Of a stretch of DNA of 50,807 nt, positions 27,964-36,495 are shown one piece after another. Origin of the DNA: Deltaproteobacteria bacterium (GTDB lineage: Bacteria; JACQOV01); NCBI GenBank assembly GCA_016202395.1, contig JACQOV010000009.1, positions 1 to 50,807 of the forward strand, in the 5' to 3' direction. Under the pieces are notes generated by a model, which worked only from the letters and a program-made list of their open reading frames with translations, did no database searches and was not told where the DNA came from. Every line of letters begins with the position of its first letter. Position 1 is the first letter of the stretch. Made by a program: the position numbers and the translations under genes.

Positions 27964-30831
27964 CTACTTCTTACCAACCACAATGTACGCTTGAGAAGGA
28001 TTTCCACAGGATTCGATAACAGAAATGTCCCTAAAACCAACTCTCAATAACATATTCACCAGCTCCTCCTTCCTATAAAACCTAAAAACACCCTTATCTT
28101 CATAGTTAAAAACCGACGAAGTATTATTAATATAACTTTTTGCCTCGTCAAGTAGTTCTTCCTTTGTTAGATCAGATGGAATCTCTTCCTCAGATAAGTT
28201 TTTAATTTTTTCTAATGTTTCGATCACGTTAGGTGATAGATCTGCATCGGGCTTTAAAGTTGAAATAATTACCTGACCACCCGTCCTCAAAAGCTTATAA
28301 AACTGGGACAAAACTCCTTCCGGCTTTTTCAAATAAGAAACAACAAGGCTTGCAATGAGGGTGCTGAAGTGCCTTTTCTCAAAATGCTTTAAAAGGCCTC
28401 CATTAGCTTCTAAATCTATGTTGTAATAAGCTAATGGGTAACCTACTAGCCCGTGCTTTTCTAGAAGAGTCCGATGCTTTTTCTCAGCTTTTGTTAAAGC
28501 CTGTTCCACAAAATCAACGGAAATAATCGCTGGAGCATCTGGTAACTCCGGAACCCTATTATTTTGAATCCAATCAGACAACATCACCTGGACTAAGTTG
28601 CCAGTGCCACAACCAATATCTCCTATAACACCTCTCACCCTAGGCAATACAAGCCGAGTTTGATCCAAAAGAAACTCTGGATATTCTTTCGAAAACATCA
28701 GCACATCAAACCCAACCTTCCCATTCTTGCCACCTAAGAGATGACGGGTCCAATAACGCTTGTAATCCATTTTGACGTTTCTTCTAACGCGAGCCATTTC
28801 CACCTCATGGATCTTGATTGCCTGAGCCACTCCTAAAGGAAGGGGATTAACTTCTTTCCGATAAAGATGCTTCCAAATTTGTTTTACAATGAGCGAAAAA
28901 ACCGACAAAGCTTCGTCACTCGTTTTAACAAGATGCCCTGTAGGAACTTCAACAAGCTCATTCTCTGGATTGGGACTCACCGACATCAGGTGTCGAACTC
29001 GATTAGAATTGACCCAGTAATCATACTTTCCACAAATCCAAGTAATGGGAGTGAAAATTCTTTTCATGTCTTCCACAGCATCTTCTAAAAAGATTGTCCT
29101 CGATCGGACAGCATCAGGTCCAAAATGGTTTTCAGAGATGCTGTAACCTAAAATCAACACATCACCAAACCTTTTTCCTTTTGCATAATCACCCAGGTAA
29201 TCAATACCACCTGTCACATTCTGAATAAGATCTTGAGCGTCGGAAGCGCCCATGGGGGCGATCCAATACTTAATGCGCTCCCCTTCCTCCAAAATCACTT
29301 TCCTGGCTGGCACTGAGGTGAGGCTGAATGAGACTAAAACAATACCGTCACAGCCAAACGTGTCGTTGTCTTCAACAAACCGGATGGTCGTTAACAAATC
29401 GTCCACCATCTGTGATAATTCAAAATGATATAATTCTTTTCCTTCTTCGTTACATTCTAAATCCCTATAGCTCTCCCCGAGTTGATTGATGCCGTCATAG
29501 CGTATCACAACAGCCTCTTTCCCTAGTCTTTTAAAATTTTGTATGATTGTATGAGCTAAAGCAAAAGTTGTTTCTTTTCTTCTGGCATATGCAGGTGGAA
29601 TGATGACAATCAAGGCGTGGCGTTTTTCTTTTCCGGCCCAGGTTTTGTTTAAAATTCCGACGATCTCTTGGCCCTTTTCGTTTTTGTAGCGGACAATCTC
29701 AATGGGAACCGATGATCTGCCGAGAGCCGTTAGTAGTTTTCGATACCCGAAATAAATCCCCAAGAACGCTTTGTTGAAAAGGCTTAAGAATTTAGAGAAG
29801 AAACCCTCCTCAAGTTTCGTAAAGGTCTCTCGATAAAATCGATAACTCCCATGCCGCTTTTCAATCTCAATACCCACTCGGATTCGATTCTTCGCATCCC
29901 CTTCCTCCCAAGGAACCCTGGATTTAACAATCCCCCTCCCCTCTAACAAAGTTCCCGCATCGGTCAATAATTCACAACTTTGAATTTCCTCCGAAACCTC
30001 GAAAGGGAAATCGTTCTGCTCCACCACGATTGAAAAACCGGATTCGCTCCAACCTTCAACAGGAACATTCCAAACTTTACCACCCTGCAGAGTCAGCCGA
30101 GCTTCAATCTCTTCCGCCCCTTCTTCTCTAGGCTCTCTCCGCCGATCCACATAAATCAGATCGGGGCAGGAAACGACGGGACCGAGGTCCCCATCGAGAT
30201 CTTGAATAAACGATTCAAAAAAGTGGTTGATCCCTTTTAACTCAAAAGAAAGGTAGATCGCTTGATAGAGCTTCAAACGAGGAGTGACACCGGGAGTTAA
30301 AAACCGAAGGTAAATCCTCCCTCCTTCGAGCCGATCGATGACCCCTTCAAAAAAATTCCGCGTTCCACCCGCAACACCGCCAACAACACCGGTGACAGGA
30401 ACCCTTGCATCTTTGGACTGCTTTAGAATCGAGTGGATCACGGAGTCGCCGCGAACAGGCTTTAGATTCTTTCCAGGTGGAAAATCAAATTCTTTCTGAA
30501 AGCCTTGAAGGGTATCAGTAAGGAGATAATGCAAGGCAAAGTTCCGCAGAAACTTTCGATCCTTTTCAGAGATATGAACAAATTCGGCTTCGATGCGAAC
30601 GAATCGAGAGTCCTGGATCGGTTGTTGCGACAAAACGTGGATTTCGGCTTTAACAGGTTTGCTTCGATAGGGAAGTTCAATCCGAACAGGGAGTGTCTGA
30701 TGAAGGGGAACGTCTCCCGCAACCTCCGCGTAAAAGCCCCCCGGGCTAATCTCAACCACGCTCCCTTCACCGATCGACTTGGATTGGAGTCGGAAATAAC
30801 AGCGCTTCCAGGGAAGTTTTTCCTTCTCCAT
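27964..30831 (-). CDS. PilZ + YcgR-like PilZN/PilZ + LuxD-like acyl thioesterase/transferase + class I SAM methyltransferase fusion
   Basis: EISPGG; RRREPR...WSESG; AYARR, VIRYDG..LGES, SFSLT, YDYWV, TGHLV; IGDIGCGTGN, LLRTGG. Confidence 0.8.
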   Translation of the reverse strand: MEKEKLPWKRCYFRLQSKSIGEGSVVEISPGGFYAEVAGDVPLHQTLPVRIELPYRSKPVKAEIHVLSQQPIQDSRFVRIEAEFVHISEKDRKFLRNFALHYLLTDTLQGFQKEFDFPPGKNLKPVRGDSVIHSILKQSKDARVPVTGVVGGVAGGTRNFFEGVIDRLEGGRIYLRFLTPGVTPRLKLYQAIYLSFELKGINHFFESFIQDLDGDLGPVVSCPDLIYVDRRREPREEGAEEIEARLTLQGGKVWNVPVEGWSESGFSIVVEQNDFPFEVSEEIQSCELLTDAGTLLEGRGIVKSRVPWEEGDAKNRIRVGIEIEKRHGSYRFYRETFTKLEEGFFSKFLSLFNKAFLGIYFGYRKLLTALGRSSVPIEIVRYKNEKGQEIVGILNKTWAGKEKRHALIVIIPPAYARRKETTFALAHTIIQNFKRLGKEAVVIRYDGINQLGESYRDLECNEEGKELYHFELSQMVDDLLTTIRFVEDNDTFGCDGIVLVSFSLTSVPARKVILEEGERIKYWIAPMGASDAQDLIQNVTGGIDYLGDYAKGKRFGDVLILGYSISENHFGPDAVRSRTIFLEDAVEDMKRIFTPITWICGKYDYWVNSNRVRHLMSVSPNPENELVEVPTGHLVKTSDEALSVFSLIVKQIWKHLYRKEVNPLPLGVAQAIKIHEVEMARVRRNVKMDYKRYWTRHLLGGKNGKVGFDVLMFSKEYPEFLLDQTRLVLPRVRGVIGDIGCGTGNLVQVMLSDWIQNNRVPELPDAPAIISVDFVEQALTKAEKKHRTLLEKHGLVGYPLAYYNIDLEANGGLLKHFEKRHFSTLIASLVVSYLKKPEGVLSQFYKLLRTGGQVIISTLKPDADLSPNVIETLEKIKNLSEEEIPSDLTKEELLDEAKSYINNTSSVFNYEDKGVFRFYRKEELVNMLLRVGFRDISVIESCGNPSQAYIVVGKK

Positions 30832-30841
30832 CAGCTTCCTT

Positions 30842-31606
30842 TCAATCGATCCCGCTCAATAGCTCCCGCGCCCGCCCTCGGTAATACTCTTCTTCACAAT
30901 CTGGAACGTTGGGATCCGAAGGGATCGTGAAGATAAACTCAAGCTGCTCCCGCGCTTTCCCCTTCTCCCCCTTCTTTAAATAACTCTCCGCCATCAAGAA
31001 TCGTGTTGCTGCCCGATACGGTGAAAAATCGTATTGAAGCCCCTGTTGATAGTACTCCAATGATTTGTCGATGTTTCGCAGCGGCCAAGGCAGCTCATAA
31101 TAGTAGCGCCCCAACGAAACTACCGCATAACCATCGTCAATAGACGGATCGATCTCAACGGCTTTGGTAATCCCACGGTAATACTCTCGGTCTAAGCCCT
31201 GCAACACCGCCTTGACCACACCAATTCCACGAATATACATCCCCACGCTTACCGTCCGGTACAAATGTCCCTCCACACGGTTGGGCTCCAACTCCACCGC
31301 CCGCGTTCCATAAACCTTGTATCCTTCCTCCCCATATTTTTTTTGCTTCTCTCGATCGTCGGAGAGATAGCCGATGTAAAATAACGAACGGGCGATTTTC
31401 CAGTGAGCTTCGTAATGGTTGGGATCGATTTTGAGGACATTCTTGTACTCTTCGATCGACCGATGGAACTCGTCTTCACAGGTTAGAAAAGAACGATCTC
31501 CGCGATCCAAGATCTCTTGAAGGGAATCCTGCGCAGAAAGGGGATAAACCGCCACAACCGATAGGGCTACAATGTTGGGAAGAATACGCTGAAAAATCCA
31601 AGACAT
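30842..31606 (-). CDS. Exported TPR-like helical-repeat protein
   Basis: Signal peptide; repeats ending DPNHYEA, LEPNRVEG, IDPSIDDG; LGRYYYELPWP. Confidence 0.8.
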   Translation of the reverse strand: MSWIFQRILPNIVALSVVAVYPLSAQDSLQEILDRGDRSFLTCEDEFHRSIEEYKNVLKIDPNHYEAHWKIARSLFYIGYLSDDREKQKKYGEEGYKVYGTRAVELEPNRVEGHLYRTVSVGMYIRGIGVVKAVLQGLDREYYRGITKAVEIDPSIDDGYAVVSLGRYYYELPWPLRNIDKSLEYYQQGLQYDFSPYRAATRFLMAESYLKKGEKGKAREQLEFIFTIPSDPNVPDCEEEYYRGRARELLSGID

Positions 31607-31663
31607 GCTGGCTCTTAATATACACTATCCGACACCGCTGGGCAAACCTGAAGACAAAGCAAT

Positions 31664-31746
31664 CGGAGGGCGAGGGACTCGAACCCCCAAGGGCTTGCGC
31701 CCGCCTGATTTCAAGTCAGGTGCCTTACCAATTAGACTAGCCCTCC
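31664..31746 (-). tRNA. tRNA-Ser(UGA), CCA not encoded
   Basis: Acceptor GGAGGGC/GCCCTCC with discriminator G; anticodon arm CCTGA-CTTGAAA-TCAGG; variable arm GGGC-GCAA-GCCC; T-loop GGTTCGAGTCC. Confidence 0.95.
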
Positions 31747-31808
31747 TGAGTTTTCAATTTTACTCTACTTGTGGTTCGATGTCGAGATCAGGTATCCTAT
31801 TCCCTCAA

Positions 31809-32816
31809 ATGAAACGTCGCCACGGTCAGACGATCACGTGGATCCTTTTTCTCGTTGGGGCCTCTCTCTTTGCCCTCCTGCTTTATTGGGCGGGTCCCAA
31901 AAATCTTGCTGCCCATCTCAAGGCGGCAGGCCCCTATCTCTTTCTCGTCGTCCTTTTCTATGGTCTGGCTCAGATGTCGTACACACAAGCCTGGCGGGTT
32001 CTGCTCGGTGAATATCGGCACAAGATCCCTTTCTGGAAACTCTTCGGCGTTTATCTCGCTGGCGACTCCATCAATTACCTCATCCCTTCCGGAAACCTTG
32101 CGGGGGAACCCATCAAAGCGCAACTTCTTCGACACGATCTGGGAGTCCTTCGAGGGCTCACCTCCGTCACGATCAACAAACTCTCCGAAACGGTCTCGAT
32201 GGTGATCTTTCTCCTCGTGGGAGTGAGCTGGGCCCTCTGGAATCTCTCTTTCCCCACCGCACTCCGATGGGCAACACTGTTTGTGCTTACAGGAACAACC
32301 GTGGCGATCGCCCTCTTTTTCTGGCGTCAGAGGAAGGGAATCTTCGACCCCGTTTTTCGCTTTCTGGCAAAGCTGGGTGTCAAAGGCCCTCGATTTGAAA
32401 GTTGGCATCAAGCAGCCAAAGAGCTCGACGTCCAGATCTCCGCCTTCCACACGATGGGGGGCCGAGGCATGGGAACCTCCCTCTTTTTCAATCTCCTCGG
32501 TTGGTTCGGAGGCGTGTTAGAGGCCTATTGGCTACTTCGTCTCCTTGATCTTCCGGCAAGTCTCTCTACGGCTTTTATTTTTGAGAGCTTGGCCCTTATC
32601 GTTCAAAATGCCACCTTTTTTATTCCGGGCCGCCTCGGCGGGAGCGATGGCGGACGCGTCCTTATCTTTACCCTTTTAGGCTTTGCCGCCACAAAAGGGT
32701 TTTCTTTCAGCGTGATGCGCAGGTGCCGCGAGCTTTTCTGGGTGGCCGTTGGGCTCCTATTCCTTTTACGCCTCCGCCCTAAAACCTCTACTCCTACAGC
32801 TTCCAACACACCTTGA
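31809..32816 (+). CDS. Lysylphosphatidylglycerol-synthase TM / flippase-like membrane protein
   Basis: AGDSINYLIPSGNLAGEPIKA, FFIPGRLGGSDGG, RRCRELFW. The ORF-track extension to 31605 crosses the tRNA and is spurious. Confidence 0.85.
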   Translation: MKRRHGQTITWILFLVGASLFALLLYWAGPKNLAAHLKAAGPYLFLVVLFYGLAQMSYTQAWRVLLGEYRHKIPFWKLFGVYLAGDSINYLIPSGNLAGEPIKAQLLRHDLGVLRGLTSVTINKLSETVSMVIFLLVGVSWALWNLSFPTALRWATLFVLTGTTVAIALFFWRQRKGIFDPVFRFLAKLGVKGPRFESWHQAAKELDVQISAFHTMGGRGMGTSLFFNLLGWFGGVLEAYWLLRLLDLPASLSTAFIFESLALIVQNATFFIPGRLGGSDGGRVLIFTLLGFAATKGFSFSVMRRCRELFWVAVGLLFLLRLRPKTSTPTASNTP

Positions 32817-33517
32817 TGAATACCTCTAACATTCAATGCCTGCTTCTCGATTACGGCGGAACCCTAGACTCCGATGGAGAAACATGGCTGCGCCGTTTCT
32901 TTCGTCTCTATCAAGAAGAAGGTTTCGATATCCCGCTGGAGAAATTTGAAAAGGCTTTTTACGCCTCGGATGACGCTCTCAACAAAAGCCAAAAGATCCA
33001 AAACGCCGGCCTTCTTGAAACCCTCAAACTACAGGTTCATGGAGTTTTTAAAAACCTGAAGATTCGGGAAAGAAAGCGACGGCAAAGGATCATCGAAAAT
33101 TTCTTCATCGACTCGGTTCGACAAATACAGCGAAATCTCCCGCTCTTAAAGAGATTGGCCTCCCGTTATCGGCTCGGAATCATCTCGAATTTCTATGGAA
33201 ATCTTGAAACCATTCTTGAGGAACAAGGGCTAAAACCTCTTTTGGATCTCTGGTTAGATTCGACACAAGCGGGGCTTATGAAACCGGAGCCTGCCTTTTT
33301 CCAAAAAGCGATCGACCATTGGAGAGGTAAACCCTCTCAAATCCTCATGGTGGGAGATTCCCCTAACCGCGATATGCAAGGGGCTAAAGGGGTCGGAATG
33401 CCCCATGTGTGGCTTTGCAACGCGGACAATCTCAAGAAAGATCCCTGCTGCTCCGGAGACCCCAAGATCTCTTCGTTCTTAGACCTTGAAAATCTTCTTC
33501 TCACGGAGGGGTCATGA
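32816..33517 (+). CDS. HAD-family hydrolase/phosphatase
   Basis: LLDYGGTLDSDG, ISNFYGN, KPEP, MVGDSPNRD. Confidence 0.88.
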   Translation: MNTSNIQCLLLDYGGTLDSDGETWLRRFFRLYQEEGFDIPLEKFEKAFYASDDALNKSQKIQNAGLLETLKLQVHGVFKNLKIRERKRRQRIIENFFIDSVRQIQRNLPLLKRLASRYRLGIISNFYGNLETILEEQGLKPLLDLWLDSTQAGLMKPEPAFFQKAIDHWRGKPSQILMVGDSPNRDMQGAKGVGMPHVWLCNADNLKKDPCCSGDPKISSFLDLENLLLTEGS

Positions 33518-34248
33518 AGGCGGGGATTATCGCCGCTGGAGAAGGGAGACGCTTTCGAGAACAGGGTTGGTCCATGCTAAAACCTCTCGTTCCGATCCAT
33601 GGAACCCCCTTGATCGAGATCGCTTTTAGAGCGATGGAATCGGCCGGAATCGAGGAGATCTTTTGCCTGTTTCGCACCCAAGGCCAACCGATCGTGGATC
33701 ACCTCAAGAAATGTCCATTTAAACTTCGCTGGTCTTATCAGCTCAAAGACACCGCCTCCTCTTATGAAACCTTTTATCATGTGGTTCGAGGGCTTGGGAG
33801 TGGCCCCTACTTGATCTCTACCGTCGATCTTGTATATGATTCTGCCGAATTAAAGGCCTTTTTGGCAAGGGCCAGCCACTTCCCCAAAGGCTCTTTGGTT
33901 CTTGGGGTAACCTCTTTTGTTCATGATGAAAAACCCCTTTGGGTCGCTTTGGGTCCAGATCAAAAGGTCTTAAAGCTTGGGGATCAGGCCGTGCCAACTC
34001 CGTGGGTGACGGCAGGTCTTTACTTCGGATCGGAGAAGGCCTTTGCCCCGTTGGTAGATGGAGGGCCCCACCGATTCTCCGCTCTTCGGGAAGGATTAAG
34101 CATGTTGGTAACCCAAGGGGTTCCGACCTATACGGTCTCTTTGTCAACCGTGATCGATATCGATACCCCGGAGGACGTCGAGATTGCGAAGAAGATTTTC
34201 GCCCCTCACCCTAACCCTCTCCCCAAAGGGGAGAGGGAACAAGGGTGA
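33514..34248 (+). CDS. NTP transferase (sugar/cyclitol-phosphate nucleotidyltransferase)
   Basis: IIAAGEGRRF...KPLV, STVD, DEKPLWV, DIDTPED. Confidence 0.88.
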   Translation: MKAGIIAAGEGRRFREQGWSMLKPLVPIHGTPLIEIAFRAMESAGIEEIFCLFRTQGQPIVDHLKKCPFKLRWSYQLKDTASSYETFYHVVRGLGSGPYLISTVDLVYDSAELKAFLARASHFPKGSLVLGVTSFVHDEKPLWVALGPDQKVLKLGDQAVPTPWVTAGLYFGSEKAFAPLVDGGPHRFSALREGLSMLVTQGVPTYTVSLSTVIDIDTPEDVEIAKKIFAPHPNPLPKGEREQG

Positions 34249-34252
34249 GGGG
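34202..34252. repeat. C/G-tract nested palindrome forming the 3' end of the NTP transferase gene
   Basis: Outer CCCCTCACCCT/AGGGTGAGGGG, inner CCCTCTCCCC-AAA-GGGGAGAGGG; encodes PHPNPLPKGEREQG*. Confidence 0.85.
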
Positions 34253-34264
34253 AACGAGCTTATT

Positions 34265-35176
34265 ATGAAACTCTTAGGAATTCATCGAGAAACTCTCTAC
34301 TCTCCAGAACGGGAGAATGATGATACGGCGATCCTGCGCCTGACGGCGGAGGCCCTTCAAACCCAAGGATTCGATGTTCAAACGAAGGGGATCGAAGAAG
34401 TTCGCGCAAGCGACCTCCATCAACCGATCTTCGGAATGTGCGAAGGCCCCCAAGGGATCGAATTTCTAAAGAAAGCCGAAGCGGGAGGGTATCGAGTCAT
34501 CAATGGATCGCAAGCCGCTTTAAATTGTCATCGCTGGCGGATGTGGCCTCTCTTACAAAAAGCGGCAGCCCCTCTCCCTTCAACAGTGATTGTTTTGATC
34601 CATGGAGCAACACCCCCCAGGCTGTTCAAAAAGCTCCAGATGCAAGGCGCCCAACCGAGGCCGAGTGAGGCGTACTTGGTTAGTACGCCGCAACGAGTGC
34701 CGAGGGAGGGCAACGAAGCAGATGGACTTTTTCAACAGCCTGACAAACGGCTCTGGATTAAACGGGGAGACGTCCACAACACCCAAGAAGGGGGAGATGT
34801 TGTCTATGTGGATACCGATGAAGGGATCGAACGAACGCTACAAAATATGGCAAGCCGAGGGATCGAAAAGGTCTTGATCCAAGAGCATGTGGACGGAGAC
34901 CTCATCAAATTCTATGGGATCATTGGAAGTGATTGGTTCAAGTGGTTCTATCACAAAGGGGTGAGCCGCGGAATCCCGTTTGACGAGAGTGAGCTCCGCT
35001 CTGTCGTCGATCGAGCCGCCAAGGCGATGGGATTGGAGATCTTCGGAGGGGATGTGATTGCGGCCCCCGATCGGATGGTTTTGATCGATATTAATAGCTG
35101 GCCGAGTTTTGCCCTGTGTCGCGATGAGGCATCCCAGCAAATTGCAGATTACCTAAAAAGGAGGTTTTCAGAGTGA
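34265..35176 (+). CDS. ATP-grasp fold protein with in-frame MITE insertion
   Basis: VING, WIKRGD, IQEHVDGDLIKFYG, GLEIFGGD, IDINSWPSF. Confidence 0.82.
   Translation: MKLLGIHRETLYSPERENDDTAILRLTAEALQTQGFDVQTKGIEEVRASDLHQPIFGMCEGPQGIEFLKKAEAGGYRVINGSQAALNCHRWRMWPLLQKAAAPLPSTVIVLIHGATPPRLFKKLQMQGAQPRPSEAYLVSTPQRVPREGNEADGLFQQPDKRLWIKRGDVHNTQEGGDVVYVDTDEGIERTLQNMASRGIEKVLIQEHVDGDLIKFYGIIGSDWFKWFYHKGVSRGIPFDESELRSVVDRAAKAMGLEIFGGDVIAAPDRMVLIDINSWPSFALCRDEASQQIADYLKRRFSE
34618..34742. mobile_element. 125-bp MITE with 16-bp terminal inverted repeats
   Basis: CAGGCTGTTCAAAAAG / CTTTTTCAACAGCCTG (15/16 match); internal hairpin GGCGTACT-TGGTT-AGTACGCC. Confidence 0.82.
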
Positions 35177-36495
35177 GTCCAGATCGACCGAAATCAAAAA
35201 AGCTGTTTCAGGAGGAGCAAGAGGTCCTCGCTCCAGGAATCCAAAGCATCGCGCTCTATTCGCAACTGGTGCTCGATCATGGGAAAGGGGCTCAAGTTTT
35301 TGATGTCGATGACAATCGCTACATCGATTTCATCGCCGGCGTATCGGTGGGGAGTTTAGGGCATTGCCATCCACGCTATGCCAAAGCGCTTCAGCAACAG
35401 CTCGAAAAGATCACCTTTGGAAGTTTCGCCACCGCGAATCGAATCCAATTTCTAAAACTTCTCTCTTCGCTGCTCCCTGGAAAGCTCAGAAAAACTCAGC
35501 TTTACAGCGGTGGAGCCGAAGCGGTGGAGTCTGCCCTTCGTCTGGCTAAATCGCACACAAAAAAATACGAGGTGGTGGCCTTCTGGGGGGGATTCCACGG
35601 CAAAACCGGAGGGGTTTTATCACTCCTAGGGGACAGTTTCAAATTTAAATTGGGACCGTTGGCCTCAGGAACCTATCTCACCCCTTACGCCCATTGCTAT
35701 CGTTGCCCTTTCAAGATGACATTCCCCTCTTGCAACTTTCATTGCGTGGATCACATCCGGAAAAAGATTCGGCATGAGACGACCGGGGAGATTTCCGCGA
35801 TTATTGTAGAACCGATCCAAGGGACCGCGGGAAACGTCGTCCCTCCTCCAGGGTATCTCAAAGCGCTCCAAGAAGTCGCCCAAGAGAACGGCGCCCTTCT
35901 CATCGCCGATGAGATGATTACCGGCTTTGGTCGAACCGGGAAGATGTTTGGATTTCAACACGATGGAATCGTTCCCGACATCGTGACCATTGGAAAAGGG
36001 ATGGGATCCGGTTTCCCGGTGAGTGGCTTGATTTCAACCGATGAAATTATGGCTTCGAAGCCTTTCTCGAATCCCAGTTACAGCTCCTCGAGCTATGGTG
36101 GAAACCCTCTGGCCTCTGCGGCGGCTTACGTGACCCTTCAAACCATTTTGGATGAAAAGCTGATTGAGAATTCTGAAAAGCTTGGCGCGTGGATGTTAGA
36201 GGAGTTGAAAGGCTGGAAAGACCGATTCTCTTTTATCGGCGATGTGCGCGGGCGCGGACTTTTGATCGGTGTGGAACTGGTTCGGGACAAACAAACCCAA
36301 GAACCTCTCTCCAGCAAAGCGGGCCGCTTCCTTTTTGAGCAGGCCTTAGAGCGAGGGCTCTTGATGATGGTTTCTGCCTCTACGGTGCGAATCAATCCTC
36401 CCTTGGTTCTGGACAAAGCGACAGCGCAGGAAGGCTTGAAAATTATGAAAGAGGTCTTCGAGCTTTTTGAAAAAACAGAGGGTTTCAAAAATTGA
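35173..36495 (+). CDS. Class III PLP aminotransferase
   Basis: SGGAEAVE, FHGKT, EPIQG, DEMITGFGRTG, GKG, SYGGNP. Confidence 0.93.
   Translation: MSPDRPKSKKLFQEEQEVLAPGIQSIALYSQLVLDHGKGAQVFDVDDNRYIDFIAGVSVGSLGHCHPRYAKALQQQLEKITFGSFATANRIQFLKLLSSLLPGKLRKTQLYSGGAEAVESALRLAKSHTKKYEVVAFWGGFHGKTGGVLSLLGDSFKFKLGPLASGTYLTPYAHCYRCPFKMTFPSCNFHCVDHIRKKIRHETTGEISAIIVEPIQGTAGNVVPPPGYLKALQEVAQENGALLIADEMITGFGRTGKMFGFQHDGIVPDIVTIGKGMGSGFPVSGLISTDEIMASKPFSNPSYSSSSYGGNPLASAAAYVTLQTILDEKLIENSEKLGAWMLEELKGWKDRFSFIGDVRGRGLLIGVELVRDKQTQEPLSSKAGRFLFEQALERGLLMMVSASTVRINPPLVLDKATAQEGLKIMKEVFELFEKTEGFKN

Noticed and set aside
27964-30831. Bioluminescence (lux) locus
   Set aside because: Only a LuxD-like domain is present; no luxA/B/C/E in the window.
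31664-31746. Selenocysteine or suppressor tRNA because of the TGA triplet
   Set aside because: TGA is the anticodon (reads UCA, Ser). tRNA-Sec needs anticodon TCA and an extended acceptor stem, whereas this stem is 7 bp.
31605-31808. N-terminal extension of the flippase-like ORF
   Set aside because: It is the antisense reading of the tRNA-Ser gene; ATG 31809 precedes the first TM helix.
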